A stretch of DNA of 63,997 nt, the filler included, from Streblomastix strix (Eukaryota): the NCBI GenBank assembly GCA_008636045.1. It is 4 parts of 4 records of this genome, joined end to end, with 100 filler letters (N's around TTAATTAATTAA, not from the genome) between each part and the next. Parts side by side here need not be neighbours in the genome. Positions count along the whole stretch, not along the records: positions 1 to 15,994 come from SNRW01000889.1; positions 16,095 to 32,087 come from SNRW01000890.1; 2 more parts are not named here. One strand, 5' to 3'. Of this stretch, positions 1 to 25,034 are shown in pieces; position 1 is the first letter of the stretch, and every line of letters starts with the position of its first letter. The notes under the pieces were generated by a model. The model saw only the letters and a list, made by a program, of their open reading frames with translations, did not search any database and was not told the DNA's origin. A program made the translations under genes and the position numbers.

Positions 1-1
1 G

Positions 2-1195
2 AAGAAAATAGAGAAGCGAGTTCCAAAAGAGTTTGATTAGGCTGTATAACAATAATAGAAAAGTATTCAATCTGTTGACTCTAACCATCATCATGATATA
101 ATATTTGATAATAAAACATTAAATGAAATGAATTATCCATCAAAACATTAATTTGAAAATGAAAAGTATAGAAAAAATGATTATAAACTTAACCAGAAAT
201 AAGATCGATTGAGATAAAGAAACCATCAATATGAAAAAGAAAAAGCACAAAAATATAAAACAAAAAGTGATGAAAAGTCTAAGAAAGGATATGAATTGGA
301 TCAAAAATAGAGAAATGAAAATTAAAATTAAAATAGAAACACAAAAAAAGATAATAAATAATCATCTGCAAGTAATTCTCCTGAACAAAATTAGCTAGGA
401 CTACATTAACTGAATGAAACAACTCATCCGCTTTGCATGGTACAAAAATCATAAATTGATGATTAGAATAATGAAATACAACCAAATGACTTGAATTCAT
501 AATTAATTAATAATTAGGATGATGGAACAACTGATATTTCTGATGACACAACCGATTATAATTAATAACTGAGACCTTTTCATATTGTAAATGCAAATAA
601 AAATTAAATATCTACCCTCTAAAGAGTTCAATACAATTAACACTTCCCACATTATAATCAAAATCTGAAAGGTCAATAAGATGTTGATTGGAATGAATCT
701 AACAATAATGCAGATGAGATGAAATTTAATAATGAGAAGAAAGAAAGAGTTATTAGTAAATAATCAGATGTGCCAAAGATTTAATCATCAGCGTTATATT
801 TAACCAACAATCTTGAAAATGTTGAATATATTACCTCTAATAATAATTAAGATCCACTTCAAGTTTCTTCAAATAAATAACATAACTCACTCGTTATCTA
901 ATTATAAAACTAGTTTGAATCAATATAATCTTAAAATGAGTTAATATCATTATAATCGCCATCAAGCGCAAGTTTTTAATAATAATTTGATTTATTTAGC
1001 ACTTTGGGGTAAAATTAATCTTTTCTTTAGTCAAATTCAAATTAACAAAATTCGGAATTTAATTCAGCACTTCAATAACTTGATGTTGACAGTTAGAATG
1101 ATAAAATTTAATCAGAGGCGATATCTGTTAATTTGAATTAAAGCAGTGATATTGAAGGGGAAATAATTAAAGATGATGAATATGGATCGCATTGA
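2..1195 (+). CDS. 3' part of a hypothetical Q/N/S-rich protein (5'-truncated by window edge)
   Basis: Frame 2 reads KKIEKRVPKEFDQAVQQQQKSIQSVD...DDEYGSH-TGA (1193-1195) when TAA/TAG=Gln; followed by AT-rich intergenic DNA. No domain recognised. Confidence 0.7.
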
Positions 1196-1715
1196 AAAAT
1201 TGAAAGTTAAAATTGATTTAATTTGATTCATTACAGTGTTTTGAGTAATTAATTATTTTTGATTTGAAAAATTAACTTATTTACTTTATTTAATATTCTT
1301 CATTTTAGGAATTAATTTATTGAAATTGATATCTGAGTCATATTTAAATTTTATATTATTAATTTTTGCAAATTAATACTGTATTTCTTCCAATTTATGA
1401 GAATTTTAAAATTCTCATTAATTTGATTAACAAATCTTTAATATTTATATTCATTTCCAAAATTGTTATCTAATTAAAATATTTAATAAATAATGAACTG
1501 CAAATTTATAGAAGTAAAGACTGCATATCAAAAATAACAAAAAAGTAATGAAATCACTAATATTATATTCAAATTATAATATTAATATAAATAATAAATT
1601 GCGTCTATTACATTCAATAGCATTTTATGTTTTAATGTGGCAAGTATGCAATTGTCCCTTCAATCAGAAAGTTTTACTAAATTCTCAATAAAAATATTTA
1701 GCGTTAAACCTCAGG

Positions 1716-4088
1716 ATGAGACAGTTTTCGCTTTATGTTGCAGTATTGCTTATGATGGGCGTTATTCGTGTATGTGCCTAAACCAATGTGGGAACACTTG
1801 AAGGCGCACTGGGGTGGGGAGAAACTGACGTGAAAAAGAAAATCGCTCATCTTGATGAAGGGAGATATATCACAAGCGGCCTTGATGTTTCTAATAAACA
1901 CATATAACTTTCTGGATCTAAATATACTGAAATTTAACCAGATGGTACTGCTTCTCAGAAAGCAATATTCATTGGAAAAGATTCATACATTTCTCTGTAG
2001 AATTTGCGATTCAAAACAGATATAAATCTTGTAGCCATTGTTGAAATGAATTCTAATATGGTATTTATAGATAACACGCTTATTGGAATAACAATTAGTA
2101 ACTGTTTCGAGGTTGATGGAGGAGAACTAATCCTTTCTAATCTGAAACTTGAATTCGAAAACATTGATGAGAGGAGAATTTCAAATCTTGTAAATTTTGG
2201 CAAGCTTGGCGGTAATTTGCATGTACTTAAAACTTCAATAGTTAATGTTTTAGTGCATGGAGATAGACCATTATTCGGAGATAGAGTAGAAAGTGAAATC
2301 TCTCTTACAAACTGCAAGTTTAATCAAGTGCACATTGATAATAGTAGTACTTCTAACCTAATAGTCAACATTATTATATCATAGAAAGTATTTATATAAG
2401 ACTGTACATTCATAAATGTAGAGAATGCACTGGAAGGAGGAGTTGTAAATAGTTTGAACAGTAATGGAAATCTATTGGTTGTTGGATCATTATTCTAGAG
2501 GTGTCATAATACAAAACATATAACTGAGGGTGTTTCTAATAAGGAATATCATACTGATATAGTAACTGGTGATGCAATATTCTCAGATGATACATTTGAA
2601 TACTGTAGTTCATAAGACTTTGGTGGATCAATCTCTTTCATTAGTAATGGAAAATTGAGCATAAAAGATGTTAGTTTCAGAAGCAGTACAAGTTATGGAG
2701 GGAAAGGAGGTGCTATTTACTTTGAAGGGAATGGTGAACTTTCATTAAATGATGTCTCATTCAAAGAATGTAGATCTTTAGGGTAATTAATTGGATAAGG
2801 TGGAGCTATATACATTGAAGGCAATGGATATCATACAATTAGATATGCTTTATTTACATATTGCTAAGTTTCTGGAAAAGAAATCAGTGAAGGAGGAACA
2901 ATCTATTCAAAAGGAGGAAAGAATAAGATCATTGATATATCAATTAAACAGTCTTCGGCTTTAATAACAGAATATTCATTATCAAATATAGATACAGATT
3001 AATCCTCATCTTTAGGAGGTGGAATAATGGCAATTTATTGGTTAAATGAATCTGTTATATCTGATATATCATTCACTTCATGTATTGCTGGTTCTGGTGG
3101 TGGTATCTATATGGATTCTACCTCTGATCGAATCAAATTCTCAAATGTCAGATTCTATAAGAATATTGCAAGTGTTTCTGGAGGAGGTGCAATCTTTGCT
3201 TAAAATACAAATATGATATAATTGAGTTATAATAAATTCTCAGACAATTAAGCGTATGGATCCGAATATGGAAATGATCTACATTTTGGAGGGTTTGCAT
3301 TAATTGATGGTAATATAAACTTGGATTAAGTATAGAGAGATACCATTTAGAATTGTGAATCAACCAGTCTTGAACCAAGATTGTGCATTAATGAATATGG
3401 ATGTCTATAAGGATGGATTATTGATGATTAAAATGAACATATGACAACATGGTAAATACTGACTGTTGTATTATCTGGGTTGATATTTTCATTACTTATA
3501 GTAGGAATGTGTTCTTTGTGCTCATATAACCTTATCTCACTATTATTAAGACGAAAGAAATTGAATGATATACTAGAAGTTGAAAATAAGAATAAATAAT
3601 TACAAACATTACAATCGATTGAAGATGGATAGTACTATTATAATAATTAATAACGATCAATGCAACAATAATAATATAATAGTAATCTCATAAATATAAA
3701 TGCCCTACAAATAGAACAATAAAATATACCTTATCCAATCATCTAAAATACAAAATAATAAACAAATACACAAAATTTCTAATCACTAACTCTCCTTACA
3801 AAACATACTTAAAGTTTTGTACTATTCCTACCTCCTCCTCCGATTTAGATTAATCAGAATCATTCTCTTTGTATGACCAAGGAAGTATCAATACAAATTC
3901 TTCCTCCAGTGTCATTTTAAGCTCATACATAATCTTCAAAAGTTTAGATTCCTCATCATTAATATTAAACTCCTCAGTAAATATCTGTGCATATTCCCCC
4001 ACCAATATCAATTTAAATTCTTCCACCACCATATTTGGATAAAGCAAACACTAACTCAAAAGTATTGGATGATGCAAAACAATCGTGA
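1716..4088 (+). CDS. Pmp-like / right-handed beta-helix type I membrane (surface) protein, ~790 aa, intronless
   Basis: Code-6 ORF MRQFSLYVAVLLMMGVIRVCA|QTN (signal peptide). Repeated Fxx(C/S)...GG(A/S/T/G)I motifs: FEYCSSQDFGGSISF, GGKGGAIYF, FKECRS..GQGGAIYI, EGGTIYS, GSGGGIYM, SGGGAIF. TM segment WQILTVVLSGLIFSLLIVGMCSLC followed by RRKK; Q/P-rich tail; TGA at 4086-4088. Confidence 0.8.
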
Positions 4089-4499
4089 ATTTTTTTTATC
4101 CTTTTTTTATATTATATTGTGCATAAATTTCACTTTTTTGCGATAAAATCAATAAAAAAATATATATATTAATTAAATTATTTGTCAATATTATTTATTT
4201 ACATAAATTATCTGCTTTTCAATGATGCTACAAATAAATTTGCAGAGAATAATTTGCAACTTGATTTACTCATCAGTAGTGTATTATTTTGGAATAATAT
4301 TCACTTTATAATTTTCGAACTATAATTTATAATCAAAATAATTGATTATTATTATTGAATAAATCTAATATATTTAGATAATGAGAGCACAAGAAAAATT
4401 GATTAATTACCAAGGAAGTAATTTCAATAATAGAAATTCAATCATAAATATTTATTAAATTTTATTTTTTATTAATTAATTTATTTTAATATTTTGTGA

Positions 4500-15994
<11,495 letters not shown>

Positions 15995-16094
15995 NNNNNN
16001 NNNNNNNNNNNNNNNNNNNNNNNNNNNNNNNNNNNNNNTTAATTAATTAANNNNNNNNNNNNNNNNNNNNNNNNNNNNNNNNNNNNNNNNNNNN
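15995..16094. other. Artificial contig-joining linker
   Basis: N44-TTAATTAATTAA-N44, 100 bp, identical at three positions. Confidence 0.97.
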
Positions 16095-16690
16095 CAACAT
16101 CAGTTAATCTGATCAATTCTGATTTTGTTTATGTGATTTCCTCCATCATTTCTTATTCGCGTTCTTATCTTCTTTTCAGTTCTGTTTCATTGGCTTCATG
16201 GAGTTTCTCAATTGACTGCAGTCTCTGAAGATCAGATTCATACTTTTTGAGACGGAGTTGGAGTTCTGAAAATAGAATATAATTATAAGTGGAAATATAT
16301 TGAAATTATTAAATATTAATTATAAATTAAAATGTTTAATGTTAAATAAATAAAAAATTAATAAATAAAATTTATTAGAAATAATTTATTAATTTGAATA
16401 TATTCAATCAGCTTTTGTCCTATAAGATGTTAATTTACAGGTTGGCTTAGTAAATTATACAGTATTGAAAAAGCAACTCGAACTATTTTGTCTTTTGTGT
16501 TTGTTTTTAAAACAAAGGCAAAACTTCCCATGATTTAAAGTTCGGGTTGTAATGGCGAGCAAGCTTTCTTTCAAATCTATTTCAATCGCATGCTAATCGT
16601 GCTCTCTTTTGTCAGCAGTTTATCCTGTTTTGCGTTCGTGGTGTCGAACTTGCTCTTTTTCTTCAAGTCGGTCGTGATCAACATCATGTG
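16095..16690 (-). CDS. Part of a spliced coiled-coil hypothetical gene (3'-truncated by contig end; 5' extent uncertain)
   Basis: Minus-strand exon 16095-~16265 after a ttcag acceptor reads ELQLRLKKYESDLQRLQSIEKLHEANETELKRRQEREQEMMEEITQTKSELIRL. An upstream GC-richer coding-like block lies at ~16410-16690. Confidence 0.45.
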
Positions 16691-17772
16691 CTGTGAATGA
16701 ACAAAACCACAAATAGAATAGACATTCAAAACCAACTTGAAGACTGGAATTCTAAGAAATTAAAAGTGGTGCAATTAACTCTAGTACTTTGCTCTCGATT
16801 AAAACAAATCGGAGTTTAAGATATTTCAGAAATTTTTCAAGTCCTCGCATATTAAGAGTTATATTTCCTTTATCTTCAACTTTTCCTAGTTCTTTTCGCA
16901 CATAAAAAAGTAGAGGTTCTAAAATTTATTTTGAAATGTTTAGAAGTGGGTTTGTTAAGAGGTTTTCGAGTTATTCTTTGATCGCTTCGTTTTCCAATGG
17001 TAGTGATTAGCTAGAGCTTGATTCATTACTATGAGGAAAAGCATTTTAAATTAATGACGAATTTAACTGATTAATTTATAGAGTTAATATTCAGATATAG
17101 TGGAAAAATCGATATTTAAAAAATACAAAATTAAAAAAAATCAACAACAAATTTCTGCACTTGTTTATACTTTGGGTGGTTCATTATCGTCATTGCTTTT
17201 CAATTTATCATCAAATAATTCTGCAATTCATTTAATATTAAACTGAACTTATAATTTATTATTTTTGTTATTTCCAACAAGACAAAAGATTAATTTTGTT
17301 TTAAATATGCAAATTTGTAGATAATTTAGCTTTATAATATAAATAATATGACAATACACATTTATTCATTATCGCATAAAACTTTTAATAAATTCTATTT
17401 ATTACATTAAATCAAACAGTTATTTTCTTTTTAATTTTAATTTTAAATATTAATTTATATGTTGAAACTAATTTACGAATTAATTATAACTAATTGCTCA
17501 ATTTACAATCTTAATTTGAATTTTAAAATTTCATTAATAAAAATACTTTATTTTACTATATTCATAAATAATAATTTATAATAATTATATTTAAATGCAA
17601 TATATTTAAATACGAAATTATTTTAATTAATATGCAAATAAATTATTTTTCTTTTCAATTAATAAGTGTATTTTTACTTTTTTTGTAATTTTATAATTAT
17701 TAGCATAAAAGGATTAGAGTTTTCAAAGTTAATTTATAATTTTTTTATTTTCTTAAGATATAATCCATTTAT

Positions 17773-20700
17773 ATGTCGAAACTACCACGAATCGAAGACT
17801 TAGATACATTTGAAGAAAAAGTCGGAGAAGAATTATCGCCTCATGAAAACACAAATACTTCAAAAGAAGATGAAAAAGAATCATAATATGAAAATGAAAT
17901 TTCTTCTAAAGATTATAAAGAAGAAAAATAAAAAATACAACCCGAATTTCAATTTGAATTTGAAAAAATGACGGTTTATAAATTTTTTTCTTTATTTAAT
18001 TAATTGTTTTAATTTTTCTCTGTAGGGCATATAAGTAGATTTTGGAGCTTTATTTAGGTAATTTGGAGATGATTGTGTTGTGAGTGGTGAAATTCCATTT
18101 GAAGCAAAATTTGAAGATTTTCATAAGTTTTTGAGCAAATTTGGAACTATTCAGTTTGTTTCTTATTATTTTAATAATTATTTGATTAAATATTTTTCAT
18201 TTATACTTAAGATTTCTTTGGCTTGAAGAAATTAATGGAAAAGAAGTTAAATAAGCATTGGCCTTCTTTACCTCTAAAAAAGAGATTGAAAAAGCAATTG
18301 GAATGAAATCACCAATATTTAAATCATCTTTAATATAAATTGAGAAAAGTAATTAAGATCTAAAATAATTAAGTGAAAAATATTTTCATCTTATTGAAAA
18401 GAAAAATGAGAAAGAAAGATAAAGAAATTCTCATTAACTATTTTAAGATAATACAATAAATGAAATTTGAGATATATTGAAGGAATTGAATTAATCCAGA
18501 TTTTAATAATTTGAGTAAGATGGAAGATTGCCTTTAATTTCTGCCAATGATCTTCTAGTATCTAAATTTGCATGCGAAATTCTTCAAAATATCTTCAAAT
18601 ATAATCCATAAGCAATAGTTAAATCTTTGAAAACTAAAATTCCATTAGATCTTATTGATTTAATTCAATAACTTCCAGTTCACTCCATAGGCAGATCGTA
18701 TACCTTTATCTTATCATAAATTATTGATAAAACTAATGAATAATGGAGAAAAAAACTATTAATTAATGAAATATTATAGAAATTGTCTAAACTTCTTAAT
18801 CATTCAAATTTAGAAGTGAAAAGTGATACAATTTATATAATGAGTTAAATTATTGATTCTGGGATGAATAAAATTGAAAGACGAAATCCTCATCCATTAT
18901 ATGAATAATTGAGGAAAGATGGAGTAATTTATTCAGCGAATTAAAATTGCCTTCTTTAAGGAGAGACTGAAAAATTTAAGAAAGATGCAACATTTTTTCT
19001 TGGCATATTATTAAGGAATTAAGATTTGCATCCCAACATGAGGAAGATTCTTGTTGAATAATTGAAAAAGATGATTAATGAAAATAATAAGCCAAGTTAA
19101 TTCTTATGTTTATTGAATATCATGTCTGGTCTTGCAACGAAAGAATGTATATAATATTATTTATATATTATTATTTATATAATAATATTTATAAATATTT
19201 TTTTTTCATTTCAATTATTTTATAAAGCTAATATTCCCGAAATAGTGAAAGATAACTTCATTGAAATATTGGCTATACTTATAGAATCAAAAGACAGTGA
19301 CATTAAAAGCAATGCTTTGGAACTTTTGTTGTTAATAGCTTTGAATGGTGGAACTGAAATTGAAAATGAAATAAAATCAAGAATTGAAAGTTTTAAATTC
19401 TTGGAATTGTTAGGAGATTCAGATTAAACTTTTAATGATTAAATTATGCTTATTGTTATGAAATGGTCTAAAGATGAATAATTATTATAAATTCATAAAA
19501 TATTTAGTAAATTGAAAAGATATAATAATTCTGATGAAATTAAAAAGAAAGAAATATTAATAGATGAACTTATTCCAACAATTCTTGCACTTTTCAGTGC
19601 AGCAAATGAACAAATTATATAATCATAATTTAATAAAAAGACAATTTCATCACTAATAATCGGAAAGATAAATTGTTGTTGCTACACACTTAAATAAACA
19701 TCAGATGAAAATCAGTATAATGTTAATGAAATTATCAAAGCTGGGTTCATTCTATAATTTGAGAAGCTTTTTCGTAATCTTCCTCATCATTTAGTTAAGC
19801 TTCTTTATGTAGAATCAATTGAAACTCTAATATAATTTGCATCAACAAAAAATATTCAATGTATCTTCAAAATTGGATTTTTTCAATCTTTTTCTTGTTT
19901 ACTTCCTCACTCTTCACCAGATATAGTCGAATCTGTTTCTAAATCATTGCTTTTAATCGCTCATTCTGGATTAATATTTACATCACCAAAAACTAATCTT
20001 GAACTAAAATTTCCATTTAATTACAAAAATCAATACTATTTAACTTTGAAAACTGATGGAACTATAGATTATATAGAATAAATTATTAAATCGGAAAAAA
20101 TTAATGATAAAATCTTTGAAATATTAACTAATATTCTTATAATCCTACTCAAAGAAATCACATTACCTTCTCACATGCGTGATATTGTAGAAATTAATCA
20201 ATAATAAATATTTGATTAAAGTTTAAATGAAGATCAAGTTAAGATAAATAATATTAGTTAATTACAATTTTTATCTCTAAATTAAGAAAATCATGAAATC
20301 ATATTGAGAATCAATATTCTCCAATTATTAACTTCTTAAACATTTAACTTCAATACACAATAAAAATAACAAATAATAATATTTCTAAGGATTTTATATT
20401 AATATGGCAATGGGAAAATGAGAAATTTAATCTAATCATCAGCACCACTTGATTGGATTGATAGTTTATTATACAGATAAAATCTTTCAAATTTATTTAT
20501 TTTAAGCGAAGATGATGATAATTTAATAAAATACGAAAATGCAACAGCATAATTTAATCTCAGTAGGTAAATATTTGCTTTGATGGTCTGGTACCAAGAA
20601 AAAGAAAAAATGGAATAAATTTTAAAATTAAGAAATGAAATTTAATATATATTTAAATACAAATATAAAAATAAAAATTAATTTGAATAAATAAATATAG

Positions 20701-22382
20701 ATGCAATTGAATAATAAACTGAATAAGAAACAGAGGTTGAAAAAGAAATTCAAACAGATTAATAAATTTTACAATTTGATTAAAGAAAGGATTTAATTAT
20801 ATGGGATTATGTAAAATAAATAATTGAAATTACAGAGTAGATTAAAGACAAAGAATTGTTTTAAGGAGCAATGACCTTTGTACGTGAAATTCTTTACATG
20901 GTATTTTTTGAATATATTTGAAATTGGAATAATGAAGAATTAATTGAATTACTTGATAATTTGCAAATAATTCTTAATAATGTTAATAATGATACATATT
21001 TTAATATTATTGATTCATAAATATTTAATGAATTAAGATTTATAATTGATGAAAGTAAATATGAATAATAATTTTCTATTTTAAAAGGAGCAGTTTCATT
21101 ATCTACTTCAATTGCATTACATGGAATATAAATTAGTAGAGAAAATGAAATTAATAAATTTTATATATTTTTAAAAGGTTCAAAATTATTTAAAGGATGG
21201 ATTTAAATAATGTGTGAAGATATTAATGATTAGAATTAATAAACAAGAATTAATAAAGAAAAAATATAATTAGAAGCAGCAATAGGAATAAGTTGTATTC
21301 TTAAGAAATTTTCATTTGATCCAATTATATTTAATAAATGCATGAAAATATTTAAATTTAATCTCAACTCTTTTAACCAACAGTTAGAACAATATTCAGT
21401 TGAAAATCAATCTATGAAAGATTCTTCTACTACAATTAACAGCATTTCAAATAAAATTGATACAGAAGCAGTCAGAAATATTCTTACATCTCTTGAAAGT
21501 TTAAGTGCTAATCACTTTAATTCAATATTTATGATTTATCAATACAAAATTCATGAATTAATAATTCCTTTTATTCATTTGAATTGCAGTTGTCTCTAAT
21601 CAATTAATCTATCTAGCTTTTCTTCAACATAAATTCTTAAATCTTCTGCTTTCCGTGTTATTTCAAGATTATTTCGTGTTATGACTTAATAGAAGGTTAA
21701 TAAATTAAACTCTTAACATAATATAATTGCTCATATCATATTACTCTTTCGTTCTAATTTTGATCATGATTTCACCTTTAATATATAATCACCAAATTTG
21801 TAATCATCTTCTTCGTCAAATGATATGTTAATTGACAGAAATCGATCAATTTCTTATATTAATGCATAATTCAATTTTCTTTTTGAATTAATGGATAATT
21901 CTGAATCAATTGTTAATTAAGTTATGATAGAACCGAATCTTATTGCAAAACTTATTCATATTGCAGGAATTAATTAATTGAATGATACTATTTCTGTTGG
22001 ATCAATTTAAATAATCATAAATTCTTTATAAATAATTTAATTAATGAATAAAGATTGTACAATAAATTAGATTGAATGGATGATTAATAATTTGTAATTG
22101 ATAAAGTTAATTCAAAATTAGATGAGTTAGGCTGGTGGTATGTGTAGTGATGATGATGATATTTTGAGTGCAGATATTGAAGTTCTATAATAATTATTAG
22201 AAAATTTATCTTAAAAAATAATTGAAGTGGAAGAAAAAGAATTATTTAATGAAATAAAAGATGAAATTGAAGAGGAAGGTTTAATAGAAGAAAATAATGC
22301 TTTGATCTACCACAGTGATGATCGCTTTAATATTGGAGTTTAAGCAAATGCTAAAAATTTAATAAATTAAATTTATTAATGA
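17773..22382 (+). CDS. RRM-like domain + ARM/HEAT-like helical repeat protein, spliced
   Basis: Starts MSKLPRIEDLDTFEEK. Joining GT-AG introns (~17973-18026, ~18154-18211, ~19146-19227) gives the RRM-like CVVSGEIPFEAKFEDFHKFLSKFGTIQFLWLEEINGKEVKQALAFFTSKKEIEKAI. Helical repeats follow, including PHPLYEQLRKDGVIY; TGA at 22380-22382. Confidence 0.75.
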
Positions 22383-23417
22383 ATAAATTATATAAATAAT
22401 TTATGATGTGAAATTGATAGAATAAACTGATTAAACGAATAAGATAATAATATTTTTTTTTATTGTTTTGCATTTTATTCTAAATTTTTATATTCTTTTT
22501 CTTATGATTCTAATTTTTCAAATTATTTTAATCATATTATAAATTTTCATTACAAAAATATATTTTTTTAATTTTATTCATAGTTTTACATCTTTTTGAT
22601 GATTTCATTATTGTGGATTTTATTAGTTTTATAAAGTTTTTTATCTATTCTTTCAAAACAACAGTAAATCTAATTATACCGATAATAAACAACATAAACA
22701 ACAATTTTTGTTGATTAAAATAAAAATAAACTATATCCTAATTTTGACTTTATTTATATATGTAGCATATATGTTGTACATCATAATATAATATGACACC
22801 ATTTAAGACTAATGGGATGGTTGTTGAGGAACGGTTGAACGAAGTTTGAAATTTTAGGTCTTTTTGCTTATTGTACCAAATTTTATTAATTAATAGTTAA
22901 TAGCAGATATTTTATTTCCAATTTGTTCATATTCCTTATTTTTTAAATATTCAAACTGTACTTGCGCGCTTTTGTCGTTTATTTTTTATTTGACAGATCA
23001 TTTAGATAGATAGTGAGAAGATATTGTTGGCGAAATTGGCATCATTTTCAAAATCGTATGGATAATAGTCCAAATCTACTCGCAGCCAGCAATCCACAAA
23101 ATAAACGGAATAAATATCTATAAAAACTTTGATTTTTTTAAAAAACGGTACTTCACGAATCATAGGGCTAATCACCTCATTATCCATGGCCGATAACCAT
23201 AAGCATCAATTCATATTGTAAACAAAGATAAATCATTTCCCTTAATTTTCGATTTTCATTAATTTTTTACATTTCATCAAGCTATAGGGGGTCGATGAAA
23301 CGGATTGATGAAAACCGTTATTTATTAAAAATAATCATCAATGACTAATTTAATATTATTAATTGTTTCTTTATCTTTAGGTATTAATTTTTTTACTCTT
23401 TTTTAATTATGTTATAA

Positions 23418-24101
23418 ATGGTATTAACCAAAGCACAATTATAGTCCATATTGAAAGTATTTGATATTGCTACTAGTGGCACCGTTAAATAACTCAAAAC
23501 TAGAGAGACCTAATTATTGAATGAATTGGGATTCCCTAAGAGAGGAAGTAATTCCTCTCGATACTTGAAATAACTTAAATCGATTAAAAATTTTATTATT
23601 GATAAATGGATAAATCATAAGCTTTAAGAAAATTAAAAGAAAATGGTACTACATTCGAAAGCTTTACTGGTGGATTTTTAATATAAATAGGTAAATAGAT
23701 TAAAATATCTGAAAATGGATAGAAGACTCTTAAAGTATTAACATAAGCATAGTAAAATAAGTTACTATAAATATCTGTAATAAAATAATAAGAAGATCGA
23801 TTAATGTAATCCCAAAGGGATTGGCAATAAAATTGCTAACAAGAAGATAATCGAAAATTCTCAGCCAACTAGTTTGATGATGACGATGAAAGTGAAGAAG
23901 AATAAGAAGAAGTATAAGTTCCTGTCGTTAAAAAAAAGAAGGTTAAAGCAATAAATAAATAACCCATTATAAAATATACAACTCCATAGATAGATCTTGA
24001 AGAGTTAATTAAATTGCGAACTGAATATTAATTCATTAAGCAATAACATATCAAATCATAAAAATAAATTAATAAATATAAGAATAAACTCAAACCAATG
24101 A
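23418..24101 (+). CDS. Intronless ORF with N-terminal SAP-like motif; likely coding portion is only ~23418-23605
   Basis: MVLTKAQLQSILKVFDIATSGTVKQLKTRE resembles the SAP pattern LTxxxLxxxLxxxxxxTSGxxxxLxxR. The frame stays open to TGA 24099-24101 but overlaps a more protein-like ORF. Confidence 0.4.
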
Positions 24102-24211
24102 AACAAGTTAAAGAGTCCCCAATTAAAGAAACAATTAAAGAAGAGCCAATTTAATAACCAATTTAAGAGTAAGTTAGTGAAAGATATATTAATGAGTTTG
24201 AGCTATATTGA
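23606..24211 (+). CDS. Intronless hypothetical protein (~201 aa) with acidic patch, basic cluster and coiled coil
   Basis: MDKSQALRKLKENGTTFESFTGG...FDDDDESEEEQEEVQVPVVKKKKVK...ERYINEFELY-TGA in code 6. Confidence 0.5.
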
Positions 24212-25034
24212 TGATTATTTTTAATAAATAACGGTTTTCATCAATCCGTTTCATCGACCCCCTATAGCTTGATGAAATGTAAAAAATTAATGAAAATCGA
24301 AAATTAAGGGAAATGATTTATCTTTATTTACAATATGAATTGATGCTTATGGTTATCGGCCATGGATAATGAGGTGATTAGCCCTATGATTCGTGAAGTA
24401 CAGTTTTTTAAAAAAATCAAAGTTTTTATAGATATTTATTCCGTTTATTTTGTGGATTGCTGGCTGCGAGTAGATTTGGTCTATTATCCATACGATTTTG
24501 AAAATGATGCCAATTTCGCCAACAATATCTTCTATAGTGATAAACAAATAAATAACCAGGCAAAAGTTCACAAAAAAAAAGATGAAGAAATCTAAAGAAA
24601 ATAATTCGGAAGACCAGCATCATGCTATTTCTAATAGGAAGAACAAGTAACATTTGAAATATAAAATAAAGTTAAACGAAAGAGCGAAGATGAAGAATAG
24701 ATTTTGGAAACTGAAAAATTAAAATATAACGATGAAGATGATGTTAAATATGGAAACAAAAGTGCAATGTTTTATTTAAAGTCATTTTGGTAGCATTTTT
24801 CCACCAAGAGAGTCATTTTTATACCTCAAATTTTTTTTCGAGTTGTTGCTTTTTTTTGTCACAACCTCAATTTATCCCAAATAAAAATAAAAGAATAGAA
24901 AAATTTTTTGTTAAATGTCTTTTTAATTTGTAATTCATAATTATACAAAGAAATTTTTTTGAAATTCGTATTTCTAATAGTCCTATTTTGGCAATTGAGG
25001 AAAATATCTATTATATTCAACAACATCACCTTTT

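Larger units (their letters stand above)
23016..24533. repeat. 327-bp inverted repeat pair (23016-23342 / 24207-24533) around an 864-bp spacer
   Basis: The arms are reverse complements with about 3 mismatches by eye; both carry MDNEVISPMIREV(P/Q)FFKKIKVFIDIYSVYFVDCWLRVDL(D/V)YYPYDFENDANFANNIF. Confidence 0.92.

Noticed and set aside
16039..16050. TTAATTAATTAA motif in N-runs, recurring at ~16-kb spacing
   Set aside because: Standard contig-concatenation linker. Segment lengths (15994, 15993, 15986) look size-sorted, so no synteny can be inferred across linkers.
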